Shown piece after piece: positions 30,036-39,946 of a DNA stretch of 64,000 nucleotides. The translations under genes were made by a program, and so were the position numbers. Each line of letters starts with the position of its first letter. The stretch's first letter is position 1. The notes under the pieces were generated by a model. That model saw only the letters and a list, made by a program, of their open reading frames with translations. It made no database searches and was not told the DNA's origin. Origin of the DNA: an uncultured Candidatus Saccharibacteria bacterium (GTDB lineage Bacteria; Patescibacteriota; Minisyncoccia; UBA6257; 2-01-FULL-56-20); contig CAYLWL010000001.1 of assembly GCA_964387675.1 (NCBI GenBank), positions 74,819 through 138,818 on the forward strand. The letters run 5' to 3'.

Positions 30036-32269
30036 GGATTTGTGGTATTGGCTGGACCTGTAGCGCTCGGGGTTGTCGCGCCTCCTCCCGTAGATGAAAA
30101 TCCGAAAGCATTATTGGCGAAAGCTCTGTCGAAAGCGTCGGCGGCAAAGGCCATCCGATTAAGCCGTTCTTGTTGCTCCGTCGATCCCGGGGCGGTTGTG
30201 TTTTCTATATTGTCTAGTTCCTTGTCGATCTCTGCTTTATAAACTACGTTGAAATTTTTCAGTGTGGGCGATTTCATTTTATTGAGCATGTTCGGCACGA
30301 GCTGCTGGGCATACACCGCAAGTTGTTTTGCGAGAACTTGCGCCATTCTTTGTGAGGCGGTCGGAGAAAAGACCTCATTCATATTCATTTTAGCGACGTC
30401 ACTCTTGTTCAGTTTTTCTACGAATTCTTTTGTGGCTTTGTTGAGGGCGTCGAACGCTCTCACGGTTGCTCCGGTCGCGTCCCTTATTTCTGCGGTCATC
30501 GGATTTCTTCCCTCCCTCTCCGCTTTCGCCATCGCTCTTTCGGAGTCCCTCATCGTTTTATCGCCTCCAAACGCTTTGTTTATATCAGAAGATAGTTTTC
30601 CTTGCCCGTATGCGGTGAAATCTCGTTGGTGAGAATCTATCCAATCCTTAGCGGTTTGATTTCCGATCGTGTCGGTTTCTTTAAGTTCTTCGTCGCGAAC
30701 CTGCGCGGCAAGGTTGGCGAATATTGCTTCTTTTTTCATCGAACCGCGAAGGTTCTTTCTCCGTTCCTCCGGATTGTCGGGCACATTCTTCGCCGCTTGC
30801 CTGACATACTCTTCGTTGGTGCCAATTCCGGCAAGCATTCTGCCCGTAGCGGCCAAGGGACGCAATCTGCTCTCTCGCAAGCGATCAATAATACCTCTCT
30901 GCCCCTCGCCAAATTTTCTTTCCCCCGCAGCCCTTAGCGCCGCTCTTCCGCCAATCTTTCCCTGTTTGAACGCAAATCCTTGTATCGCTCCGCCGGCGGA
31001 TTTTGCGAGTCCCATCGTCACGCCCGCGCCAGCGACGGAAAGGGCATTGGCCGCGACTAATCCGCCCAAAGAAAGGCCGGTGAGCAGAATTATGTCACCT
31101 AATGACTGAATAAAGCCAAGATCTTGTCCAGACTGTTGCGCGAGAGAAATAGCTGGAGCGTTAACAGCTTCTTTCACGTGAGCCGCTACGTTTCCCGAGC
31201 GGCTCTGGGATACGGCGATGGCGAGGTATAGGAAAAATACGACGGTCGGCGCGAAGAATGTCCATCGTATGAAATTACTCCACCACTTGTCCCAATGAGA
31301 TTTAAACTTCGGAAAAATCCAAAGAAGCCAAACAAGGGGCATGATGATCAAAAGTATTCCGAGATAGATGTAGCGTATAAAGAGCATAACCGCAAGCGCC
31401 ATGAACGTAAGGGCAATAATTGCGTTGAATACGATTACAAATACTAATCCTAAGAGATTTTGAAAAAACTTATCTCCTTGATTTTTATCTACATTCGTAA
31501 AGTAATTCACAAGGGCAGTAGAGGCGGCTCCAATTGCGGCTGTGCCCGCGCAAACCCCCGCTACTCCAACCGGCCCCGCCGCGAGCCCCAACCACCATGT
31601 AGCCGCACATGTTCCTACGACGCTGGCGGTTGTGAGTTTGGACCCTATGGAGCTGGCGAGCGATGAGGGGGTGGTACTGCTTGATCTGGAAAGCAGTACT
31701 TGAGGCTTAAATCCTATGACTAACTGATTCACGAACGCTCCGTTCGCATCAGAACCCGAACCGGGGAATGGTTTCATAAAGAAAGTGGTTAGGCTGTCGG
31801 AGAATCCAACTATTGAGCCAGCAATGACCAGGCTGAAGTTTACGAAAATAGCGGCCACCACTAGTTTCCAGAGAATTTGTTTTACTCCATAGGTTTGGCT
31901 TCGGAGAATTGTTGCGATGGCTATTATAATAATCGCAAGGACAAAGCCAAGGTTAGCTAAGGCGAGCGTTACGCCGAAACCGGTCGTTACCGCCGTCGAG
32001 TTAATTAGACCAGGGGTAAGAGAAAGTGCGAATTGTGTCAGCCACGCTCCGAGCGATACAAACCAACTCGTAATAGTACCAGCCGCATAAGTTACGAAAT
32101 ACAAAGCGCAATAAACCAGAGAATTGCTACCGAAAACACAGCTTAAAAGAGAACCGCCGCTGTTATTTGAATTAGTTTGAGCTTGAGTGGGTGACGGCAT
32201 CGCGGCCGAAAGAAACAGAATCACGAGAATTCCCGACACCATTAACTTTTTTGTTTTCCAGTTGGTCAT
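30032..32269 (-). CDS. VirB6/TrbL-like polytopic membrane protein
   Basis: Multiple TMs; LVVAAIFVNFS, IRYIYL...MPL, WDKWW. ATG at 32269. Confidence 0.8.
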   Translation of the reverse strand: MTNWKTKKLMVSGILVILFLSAAMPSPTQAQTNSNNSGGSLLSCVFGSNSLVYCALYFVTYAAGTITSWFVSLGAWLTQFALSLTPGLINSTAVTTGFGVTLALANLGFVLAIIIIAIATILRSQTYGVKQILWKLVVAAIFVNFSLVIAGSIVGFSDSLTTFFMKPFPGSGSDANGAFVNQLVIGFKPQVLLSRSSSTTPSSLASSIGSKLTTASVVGTCAATWWLGLAAGPVGVAGVCAGTAAIGAASTALVNYFTNVDKNQGDKFFQNLLGLVFVIVFNAIIALTFMALAVMLFIRYIYLGILLIIMPLVWLLWIFPKFKSHWDKWWSNFIRWTFFAPTVVFFLYLAIAVSQSRSGNVAAHVKEAVNAPAISLAQQSGQDLGFIQSLGDIILLTGLSLGGLVAANALSVAGAGVTMGLAKSAGGAIQGFAFKQGKIGGRAALRAAGERKFGEGQRGIIDRLRESRLRPLAATGRMLAGIGTNEEYVRQAAKNVPDNPEERRKNLRGSMKKEAIFANLAAQVRDEELKETDTIGNQTAKDWIDSHQRDFTAYGQGKLSSDINKAFGGDKTMRDSERAMAKAEREGRNPMTAEIRDATGATVRAFDALNKATKEFVEKLNKSDVAKMNMNEVFSPTASQRMAQVLAKQLAVYAQQLVPNMLNKMKSPTLKNFNVVYKAEIDKELDNIENTTAPGSTEQQERLNRMAFAADAFDRAFANNAFGFSSTGGGATTPSATGPANTTNP

Positions 32270-32297
32270 TTGTATTATTGTTGCGACTGCGATTCTC

Positions 32298-34259
32298 TTA
32301 AGGGTTATTAATATTGTCCCTCGACCCCCCTGGATAATCGCCGCTGAAATCACCCGGAACTTCATCGAGTAAGTCCCCGGCGCCGGGGCCGCTCTCGCCC
32401 GGTGGCACTTCACTCGGATTCTGCGGGGTTACCTCTCCCGGCGGAGGCGGCTCATTGCCGCTCACTCTGTCCCTTGTATTGAGTTCGGCAAGTCCGCGCA
32501 CTCCCGCGAGGACCAGCCGGTTGAGGGTAGAGTTCACAAACGCGGAAACGAGTCCCACGACATCTTGAGCGTTTACGATGTTGTGGAGCGGGGCGCCGAT
32601 GGCGCCCGCAACGGCATCGCCGGCCACTTGTCCCGGCGTCGTGTCCTTATCTTCTTCACACGACGGCCTGTCGGACAAGCTGATACATCGGCTGAAGTCG
32701 TAGTTTGGCGATTCTCCTGTTTCCCTGGCGACAAGATCTGCGTTTTCCGTTACGGAATCGACACAGGACTGCCGCGGGCTCGGTCCGAATTTTACGCACA
32801 CCTTAGTCGCGAGGAACCCGCCGCTTGATTCGGCGCTACTTTTTGCGGCTTCTTTCTTCGCTAACCGCTCCGCTTCAATTTGTTGTGTTGTTTCGAACAA
32901 GCTTCCGAAATAGTTTCCGCTCGGGAGTATGAGAGCCCCATATCCCACCCAGCCGCCCTGGTTGAAGTCGTTGTAGAAGTTTTTCACGTTTTGCACCACC
33001 TGTTCGAGCATACATGTTTGAAGAGGATTGGATAAGTAGACGTTGCTTAGTTGAAGCTTGATGAGGGGTCCGAGCGACTGGCAAAGACCGGGAATTTTTG
33101 CCTGGATAGCGTTCGACACGGCGTCTTTTTCCGTTTGGCGGAGAAATCCCCGCCAGTTCGTGATAAACTGGGGCTTGCCTCCGCCCTGAATCCAATTGAC
33201 TGTCTGCTGCATGATCCGGTTGACGAGCTGATTTTTAAGGGTTTGGAGAATCACGCTCTCGATATGCTTCCTCACCCACTCCCACACCATACGCGCGACG
33301 GTTATGGCCGCATCGACGCCGAAAAAGGCATGGGCGGATTTTATTTCAAAGAGACCCGCGAGCGCGAGCAACGCGTTTTCGCTCGATGAAGAGTTTCCGC
33401 TGATTGACGCGGCCTTCTTCGCCTCGTTTTCAAGATTTCTGAAAATCGACGAAATGTTCTGCTCCGCATTTTGCAGGGCGAGCATCTGCGAAAGGGGGTC
33501 GTCCGAGTTTACGGCGCCGACGGCCTGTTTTTCATACGCCACGAGCATGAGAAAGTTTTTGTGGAAATTCACGAGCGGCGCGGGAACCGGCAGTTTTTTG
33601 AGAGCGATGTCCGCTTCGTCAAAAGTGACCGAGAGCGCGTTGATCGTCCCCGGAGAGGCATCCCCCCTTTGGAGAGTGTTCTGAACTTCCGAGCTGCCGA
33701 TTCCGCCGCTCACGATTTTGCCGAATGAATCCAAGTAATTTTGAATATCGTTCGAAGAATAATTGTTTATGATTTTTATATCGGCGTCGGCAACGTGAAC
33801 ATTCCAGCCGGTCGGCGCCGCGCCGGTTCCTTTGCCCGCAATGGCTTCTGCGATCGTCGCGTCAAGATCGGGCGAAGCGACCGACAGTTGCCCCGCCTCG
33901 TTTTGCGATGGCCCCCCGGGGTTTTGTTTTACGACGCTCCGCACAATGGTCGCCGCGAGACGGTCGGTGAGGTTTGCCGATGCGGAGATGGGCGGCAGAC
34001 CGTCATCTTGCGAGTTGGCAATATTCGCGTCGCCGATCGGATTGCCTCTCGGAATCGGCTCCACAAAGACGTTGTCGGGAACTTTGACCTTGCTATGAAC
34101 GGAGTCGAGGAGCACGGCATTTTTACCTTGTTGCCGATCTCCGGCAACCCTCGTATTGCCATTACTCAAAAATCCCGAGAACAAAAACACCGAAGAGCTT
34201 GTGATGGCGGAAAAAACGAGAAATCCCGTAATAAGTTTTTTTATGGTTATCTCGGACAT
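32298..34259 (-). CDS. large membrane-anchored hypothetical protein of the T4SS-like cluster
   Basis: N-terminal TM, NWIQGGG.PQFITNW, Cys pairs, TTPG. ATG at 34259. Confidence 0.75.
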   Translation of the reverse strand: MSEITIKKLITGFLVFSAITSSSVFLFSGFLSNGNTRVAGDRQQGKNAVLLDSVHSKVKVPDNVFVEPIPRGNPIGDANIANSQDDGLPPISASANLTDRLAATIVRSVVKQNPGGPSQNEAGQLSVASPDLDATIAEAIAGKGTGAAPTGWNVHVADADIKIINNYSSNDIQNYLDSFGKIVSGGIGSSEVQNTLQRGDASPGTINALSVTFDEADIALKKLPVPAPLVNFHKNFLMLVAYEKQAVGAVNSDDPLSQMLALQNAEQNISSIFRNLENEAKKAASISGNSSSSENALLALAGLFEIKSAHAFFGVDAAITVARMVWEWVRKHIESVILQTLKNQLVNRIMQQTVNWIQGGGKPQFITNWRGFLRQTEKDAVSNAIQAKIPGLCQSLGPLIKLQLSNVYLSNPLQTCMLEQVVQNVKNFYNDFNQGGWVGYGALILPSGNYFGSLFETTQQIEAERLAKKEAAKSSAESSGGFLATKVCVKFGPSPRQSCVDSVTENADLVARETGESPNYDFSRCISLSDRPSCEEDKDTTPGQVAGDAVAGAIGAPLHNIVNAQDVVGLVSAFVNSTLNRLVLAGVRGLAELNTRDRVSGNEPPPPGEVTPQNPSEVPPGESGPGAGDLLDEVPGDFSGDYPGGSRDNINNP

Positions 34260-34344
34260 CGGTTGACAGAAATCCCCTATTCTTATCATTATAGCTCATA
34301 TAAATTAAAGATATTGCGAGTTATCCCCAGGTTACTCACGGCCA

Positions 34345-35196
34345 TCATGAGGCCATGGCGCGGGCTATCCGAACTATATCTTCTACGCTCAAGTTCTGTG
34401 GTCTGCTTTTGGGGTCTACGCCCATTTTTATTAGGGTTTCGGCGATGCTTTCTTTGCTTTCTGGCTTACCGGTGGTTTTGCGGCTTCGGTCTTGACACCT
34501 GATACTTGACACCTGACACATATTATTGAGAATCGTTTTCCTCGGCTGGGCAAAAAGAATTTTCACGGTTTTATAGTAAAGTTGCTCCCTGACGCCTGAC
34601 ACATGACACTTGACGCTTAGTTTGACGATCGCCGAATCGACTTCCGGCTGTGGGTCGAAATCTTTTCTTGGGATGAGGCCGATCAATTGCGGGTCTGCCC
34701 AAAATTGGACGATCGCGGCCAAACGATTCATTCGCGGGGGCGCGGCGCAAATTCTTTCCGCGACTTCTTTCTGGATAGTGAAGACGCACAACTCTGGCTT
34801 CGTTGACAATTCGCTCAATATTCTCAAAAGTTTTCCGGTAATGTAGTAGGGAATATTGCCGACAATCTTATATTCAGATTTAAGATTTATGAATTTTGAT
34901 TTAAGAATGCTTAAGGCGTCACCGTTTAGAATTTCTATATCTTTAATTCCTAAATCATAAATCCTACTTCTTAAATCATTCGCAAGCTTTGGATCTTTTT
35001 CAATCGCAATAACTTTTATCGGCGGCGAGCCGTTTTTTTCTAAAAGCTCACAGCTAAAACCTAAAAGCTCTTCAGTCAGCTCTCCGTGCCCCGGGCCGAT
35101 CTCGACGATGGTGTCGCCGGGTTTCAATTCCACGGCACCGACGATTTTTCGAATCGCCGATCTATTTTGCAAGAAATGTTGGCCCAGCCGCTTCAT
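34345..35196 (-). CDS. rsmA: 16S rRNA dimethyltransferase RsmA/KsgA
   Basis: LGQHFL, EIGPGHG, VGNIPYYIT, QKEVAER, PQPEVDS. Confidence 0.96.
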   Translation of the reverse strand: MKRLGQHFLQNRSAIRKIVGAVELKPGDTIVEIGPGHGELTEELLGFSCELLEKNGSPPIKVIAIEKDPKLANDLRSRIYDLGIKDIEILNGDALSILKSKFINLKSEYKIVGNIPYYITGKLLRILSELSTKPELCVFTIQKEVAERICAAPPRMNRLAAIVQFWADPQLIGLIPRKDFDPQPEVDSAIVKLSVKCHVSGVREQLYYKTVKILFAQPRKTILNNMCQVSSIRCQDRSRKTTGKPESKESIAETLIKMGVDPKSRPQNLSVEDIVRIARAMAS

Positions 35197-35236
35197 ATAG
35201 GAATTAAAAACTACGAGTAAACAATTATCAATTATG

Positions 35237-35280
35237 TTGTTTGCTTGGCACTATGCTATAGCATAGTGCCAAGCAAACAA
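35237..35280. repeat. perfect 44-bp palindrome
   Basis: TTGTTTGCTTGGCACTATGCTA|TAGCATAGTGCCAAGCAAACAA. Confidence 0.95.
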
Positions 35281-35286
35281 GCCTAG

Positions 35287-37143
35287 CTAATCAAGCGTTA
35301 CATAATCTTCCTCGAAAGAAGTGACGTCGGTTGCGTTTTGACCTTCAAAAACAGTGAGCTCTTCCGGAATTTCGGAAATAAATCTCGACGGCGTATTGTG
35401 GAAACCGATGCAGAGCTCGCGCTTTGCCCGCGTCATCGCGACGTACATCAGTCGCCGCTCTTCTTCCATTTGATACTCGTTTTCCATAGACATCGCGTGA
35501 GGCAGGAGCCCTTCGGAACAGCCGGCGATAAAAACGCGGTCAAACTCCAATCCTTTTGCCAAATGGATCGTCATGAGATGTGTTTCATTTTCGCCGTCTC
35601 TTGTCCCTTGTCCCTTGTTACTTGTTACACTATCGGCGGGCTGCATCAGCGTGATTTCTTCTAAAAACCGACCCACATCATCGAATCGCTTCGCGAAATT
35701 CAAAAGCTCCCCTATGTTTTCTTGTTTTTCCTCGTAATTCTCGAAGTTTCTTTCGAGATACCCAAGATAATCCGTGGCCTCGAGAAACGATTCGATCCAT
35801 TGAACCGGCTTCAGCTTTTTGCTTTTCGCGAGCCGTATCGTTTCTTCGAATCCGCTAAGTTTTTTCTTGGAGAAGTTCTTTTCGAGCCGATCGAAGCTGA
35901 TTTCGTCTTTATTGGTCGCGTAACGGAGCGCGGCAATGACGTCTTTGATTTCTTTCCGCTCGTAAAACCTCAAGCCGCCGAAAATTCGGTACGGTATTTT
36001 ATTTCTAATGAGCGCTTGCTCGATCGCTCTCGACTGGGCGTTCGTTCTGTATAGAACCGCAGTCGTTTGTTCATTGGAAATTGGAAATCGGAAATTGGAA
36101 ATTTGCTTTGCGATCCATTCCGCCTCATTGTTTTCGTCCGCCGCTCCGAAAACTTTTATCGATTCCCCCTTCTGATTTTTCGTCCAAAGGTTTTTCGGCC
36201 GCCGGTAATTATTATTACTCGCCACACTCGAGGCCCCCTTGATGATATTCGCGGTTGACCGATAGTTTTCTTCCAAGAACCGTATTTGGGCGCCCGGCCA
36301 GTCCTTTTCAAATCCCAGAAATATTTTGAGATCCGCGTATCGCCATCCGTAAATCAATTGTTCGTCATCGCCCACCACGCTGATATTTTTGTGTTCTCCG
36401 GCCAGGAGATTGACGAGCTCGTACTGTTTTGGATTGACGTCTTGATACTCGTCGACGAGGATCGCCTCGAACCTGCTTCGATGTTTTTCGAGCGCCTCGG
36501 GATGTTTTTGGAAAAGAGATACGACTTTCTCTATGAGGTCGTCGAAATCGAAGGCGTTATTTTCTTTGAGCCGCGATTCGTAGAGAGCATATACTTCGAG
36601 CGCCAGTTTGTCTTTTTGCTTTTCGGATAGCCGTAGTTTTTGGAGCGCCGAGTCGGTATTTTTTATTTCGGAGATTCTTCTCGCGAAAAACGACGGCTTT
36701 TCTTGGCTTGCGGCTGAGGAATCATCGTCGCCGCCGTTCCATAGTTTTTTCTTCACGATCTTTTTTATGAGATCGAACGAATCATGGTCGTCGAAAATGA
36801 CGAAGCGCGCATTGCGGCCGAGGAGGCGCGCCTCCTGCCGCAGGATGTTCGCCCCCAAGCCATGGAAAGTGCCGATAAACGCTCCTTGACACTTGACACT
36901 TGCCTGCCCGCCGTAGCCCCGGCGAAGGAGGGACGCTTGACACCTCGTAAACATCTCCCGCGCCGCCTTATTGGTAAACGTTATGGCGCAGATTTTATGC
37001 GCCGGGACCCCGGATTCTATGAGGTTGATGAGCCGGGCGGTCAGGGTGGTCGTTTTCCCGGTCCCGGCTCCGGCTACTATTAAAAGGGGTCCGCCGGGGG
37101 CTTTTGCCGCCTCTTCTTGCTGGGGATTCAATTTATGTGACAT
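35287..37143 (-). CDS. pcrA: UvrD/PcrA helicase
   Basis: AGAGTGKT, TFTNKAAREM, VDEYQD, NYRST, AKGLEF, EEERRLMYVAMTRA. ATG at 37143. Confidence 0.93.
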   Translation of the reverse strand: MSHKLNPQQEEAAKAPGGPLLIVAGAGTGKTTTLTARLINLIESGVPAHKICAITFTNKAAREMFTRCQASLLRRGYGGQASVKCQGAFIGTFHGLGANILRQEARLLGRNARFVIFDDHDSFDLIKKIVKKKLWNGGDDDSSAASQEKPSFFARRISEIKNTDSALQKLRLSEKQKDKLALEVYALYESRLKENNAFDFDDLIEKVVSLFQKHPEALEKHRSRFEAILVDEYQDVNPKQYELVNLLAGEHKNISVVGDDEQLIYGWRYADLKIFLGFEKDWPGAQIRFLEENYRSTANIIKGASSVASNNNYRRPKNLWTKNQKGESIKVFGAADENNEAEWIAKQISNFRFPISNEQTTAVLYRTNAQSRAIEQALIRNKIPYRIFGGLRFYERKEIKDVIAALRYATNKDEISFDRLEKNFSKKKLSGFEETIRLAKSKKLKPVQWIESFLEATDYLGYLERNFENYEEKQENIGELLNFAKRFDDVGRFLEEITLMQPADSVTSNKGQGTRDGENETHLMTIHLAKGLEFDRVFIAGCSEGLLPHAMSMENEYQMEEERRLMYVAMTRAKRELCIGFHNTPSRFISEIPEELTVFEGQNATDVTSFEEDYVTLD

Positions 37144-37270
37144 GTGACAAGCAACAAGTAACATGGAACACGTAACAACAGATAATGCGGGGAGGGGGAA
37201 CTTTTCTTTGCCCTTCGTCCTTGTCACTTGTTACTTGTCCCATGTCTCATCGTTATGCTATAGTTTACCT

Positions 37271-38302
37271 ATTAGTAAGATTTTAAGCCAAATAAAGTCA
37301 AATAACGACCATAAGCCATTGAAAGTGGCCGTTTTTTTGATTGCCGGGCTTGCGTTCTGCTCCTTTTTCTATGATCCGGGCACCGGCCTATTAGGCGGCG
37401 AGAGGGGTATCTTTGGCGGACCCGTAGACCAGGTTTTTACCCCTGGCAACATCATCCTCGAAACGGCCTCGGCATTTGGCGAGGGATCTCCCACGGGAGG
37501 CGCCTCGCTCCACAACACGGCTCTTGAATCAAGCGTTTTTCCCGGCTCGTTGAGTGATAGAGAGTCGGGTTTTGGCCAGACCTCCTCTCGCGAGGGGCTT
37601 TTAGTGTATCGGGTTCAGAAAGGCGATACGCTCTCCGGAATTTCTTCTTATTTCGGCGTATCTTTGGATACGATCGTGAACGCGAACCCGAACGTCAAGG
37701 CGAGGTATCTGGTTCCGGGGGATGAGCTCAAGATTCTGCCCACCTCCGGAAGCGTGTATCTCACTCGGGATGGCGACACGATGGAATCGATTTCGGATTA
37801 TTTCAATGTGCCGCAGGACAGCTTGTTGAAATTTAACAGATCCGTCAATTTCAACTCTCTCGAAGCGGGCGTTTCCGTTGTCATCCCCGGAGTGAAGGGG
37901 TATGCCCAAAGCAAGAACTCGCTTCCGAACTTGAACAGCAACTTCATCATTCCCGCGCAGGGCTTTAATTGGGGCAAACTTCATCACTATAACGCGGTGG
38001 ACATCGCAAACTCCTGCGGAACGCCGGTTGTGGCTTCTGCCGAAGGGCTTGTAATCCCCGACAACAGTTTCGGAGACGGAAGGGGCGGCTGGAGCGGCGG
38101 TTACGGGAATTTCGTCTTGATAGAGCACCCGTTTGGCGACTCCGTTCGCACTCGCTATGCTCATTTGTCCAAAGTATTAGTTGATATTGGTGACTATGTT
38201 AAACAGGGCGAGGAGATAGGTGTTATGGGAGATAGCGGGGACTCTACGGGTTGCCACCTCCATTTCGAGGTGTACGGGGCGCAGAATCCATTTGTCCGGT
38301 AG
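37271..38302 (+). CDS. LysM + M23 peptidase (start uncertain)
   Basis: Two LysM repeats (YRVQKGDTLSGI), GYGNFVLIEH, YAHL, STGCHLHFEV. Confidence 0.9.
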   Translation: MSKILSQIKSNNDHKPLKVAVFLIAGLAFCSFFYDPGTGLLGGERGIFGGPVDQVFTPGNIILETASAFGEGSPTGGASLHNTALESSVFPGSLSDRESGFGQTSSREGLLVYRVQKGDTLSGISSYFGVSLDTIVNANPNVKARYLVPGDELKILPTSGSVYLTRDGDTMESISDYFNVPQDSLLKFNRSVNFNSLEAGVSVVIPGVKGYAQSKNSLPNLNSNFIIPAQGFNWGKLHHYNAVDIANSCGTPVVASAEGLVIPDNSFGDGRGGWSGGYGNFVLIEHPFGDSVRTRYAHLSKVLVDIGDYVKQGEEIGVMGDSGDSTGCHLHFEVYGAQNPFVR

Positions 38303-38426
38303 TGAAATTCGGCCATCGTTCAGTAGCGAAGCTTGCCGAATTTCTACTATCCGGACGTTTGTGAAGTAGGGTTCAGAATATATCAGAATATAATAGAATT
38401 CGTGGATATCGCAAAAGAAAGCACCC

Positions 38427-39320
38427 CTAGCGCAGGGGTGGTTTTTTGTTTAAGAACATAAGTTCCATCAGGATTTCTTTCCTTTCGAGGCCGCGGAGCA
38501 GAAGTTGCTCCCGGGTGAAGCTTTTATGGGGTTCCGGCGCCTTGTCGGCTATCTCTCTCAAGGTTTTATTGTCCGGGCCTCGGGACAAGAGTATATTTGC
38601 CAGTTCTTCTTCAAATGGCTCGCCGATTGTGCCGAGAAGCCTGGCCAACACAAAATCTTCAGGGTTAAACGCAAGAAGTCGATCGAATGCCATCCTCTTA
38701 AACGGCTCCTGGAGGCCTCCGGAGGATCTAAGGAGCCAAGCCAAATTATCCTCGTTCGGATTAGTGGCCAGATAGATACTCCAGACCTCCAGCTTGTACT
38801 TTTCGGGGATATTGTAGCTGTACAGCAGATTTGGAATCTCCCAGCTCTCAAAGTAGGAAGAACGGCCCATAATCGCATTGAGCGCTTTTCTTTGGTATTT
38901 TTCTGAACCGTTTTCCAACACTCTTGCGAGGGCGGAAGCTTTGCCGTTGTCTTTGAGCCAGTTCCACGCATTTCCCGCCAGTGGCTCGGGCCCCCACGAA
39001 ACTAAGTACGAGGCGGCCCAACCCCCATATCTTTTTTCCTCCTCGGTTGTTGCATACTGTGTCCTTCCCAGGATTTCTTCGTTACACCAGATTTTGTATG
39101 GTTCTGCATTGTTGCAAACCCTGTCCAATTCGTCCAGCGTCGGCATCGTGTCGAGAAACGCCCTCCAGATCAGTTGAGGATTGTATTGTAATTTTCTGGC
39201 CAACTCTTCCATTTGAGCCGATTGCTCCGGCGTTTGGGCCCTTGCCGCTCCGAAGAAACAAAACAAACAAAGCAACATGAAAGCGATTGCTCTTTTCACA
39301 ACTTCTCCCCAAGGAATCAA
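38427..39320 (-). CDS. hypothetical secreted helical-repeat protein
   Basis: Signal-peptide-like N-terminus and ~32-aa helical repeats. Confidence 0.7.
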   Translation of the reverse strand: MIPWGEVVKRAIAFMLLCLFCFFGAARAQTPEQSAQMEELARKLQYNPQLIWRAFLDTMPTLDELDRVCNNAEPYKIWCNEEILGRTQYATTEEEKRYGGWAASYLVSWGPEPLAGNAWNWLKDNGKASALARVLENGSEKYQRKALNAIMGRSSYFESWEIPNLLYSYNIPEKYKLEVWSIYLATNPNEDNLAWLLRSSGGLQEPFKRMAFDRLLAFNPEDFVLARLLGTIGEPFEEELANILLSRGPDNKTLREIADKAPEPHKSFTREQLLLRGLERKEILMELMFLNKKPPLR

Positions 39321-39385
39321 GTAATTCTGGGATTAGGGTATTACGGGGCGTGGTTGTTTGTCAATCGTCGCGCACCGTCGTGGGC

Positions 39386-39631
39386 CTACTTTGGATGCTT
39401 CCTGATGGAAAGCAAGACATAGGTGTTGCCCTCAATCAGAAAATAAAAACGGATTTCTCGGTCAACCCGCGCCTGCCAGATACCGCGCGACTCGTCATAT
39501 TTTTTTGCCCTTAGCGACGGGTGGCGAATGCTACGAGAGAGATATTCAACTTGCTTATAAAACTTTGTTCTCGTTGCGAGCGGGAAATTTTTAAGTTCAG
39601 ATTTGAATCCGGGGTAGTACCCAACATTCAT
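39386..39631 (-). CDS. RelE-like toxin
   Basis: [13 protein letters not shown]...WQARVD...RFYF; ATGA overlap with the upstream ORF. Confidence 0.85.
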   Translation of the reverse strand: MNVGYYPGFKSELKNFPLATRTKFYKQVEYLSRSIRHPSLRAKKYDESRGIWQARVDREIRFYFLIEGNTYVLLSIRKHPK

Positions 39632-39843
39632 CGCTCGAGAGATTTTTTCAGCGCTTTTATCGAGCCGAATGGTCCGACGACGCTTCCACTTTTCACGTTC
39701 TTGATGGCCTCGTCTAGTTTGCGGTCAAAACCGCCCCCCTGTCTTTTTCTTGCAATACGCAAAACCGTTTCGTACTCCCGACGGGGGATGATTATTAAAT
39801 CGTCGTTTTTCATTAGTTTTTTCGGGATCGTTATTGTCGCCAT
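39628..39843 (-). CDS. putative antitoxin
   Basis: 71 aa with a G.V.GPF C-terminal motif; lies upstream of the toxin. Confidence 0.8.
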   Translation of the reverse strand: MATITIPKKLMKNDDLIIIPRREYETVLRIARKRQGGGFDRKLDEAIKNVKSGSVVGPFGSIKALKKSLER

Positions 39844-39946
39844 ATTATGTATTATAGCGTCACCAATCCAGCCGTCAAATTTTGTTGACTTTCACGATCC
39901 GCCAGTTACACTAATTACAGTTCTGGTAACACTGGAGGTAGCCAGA

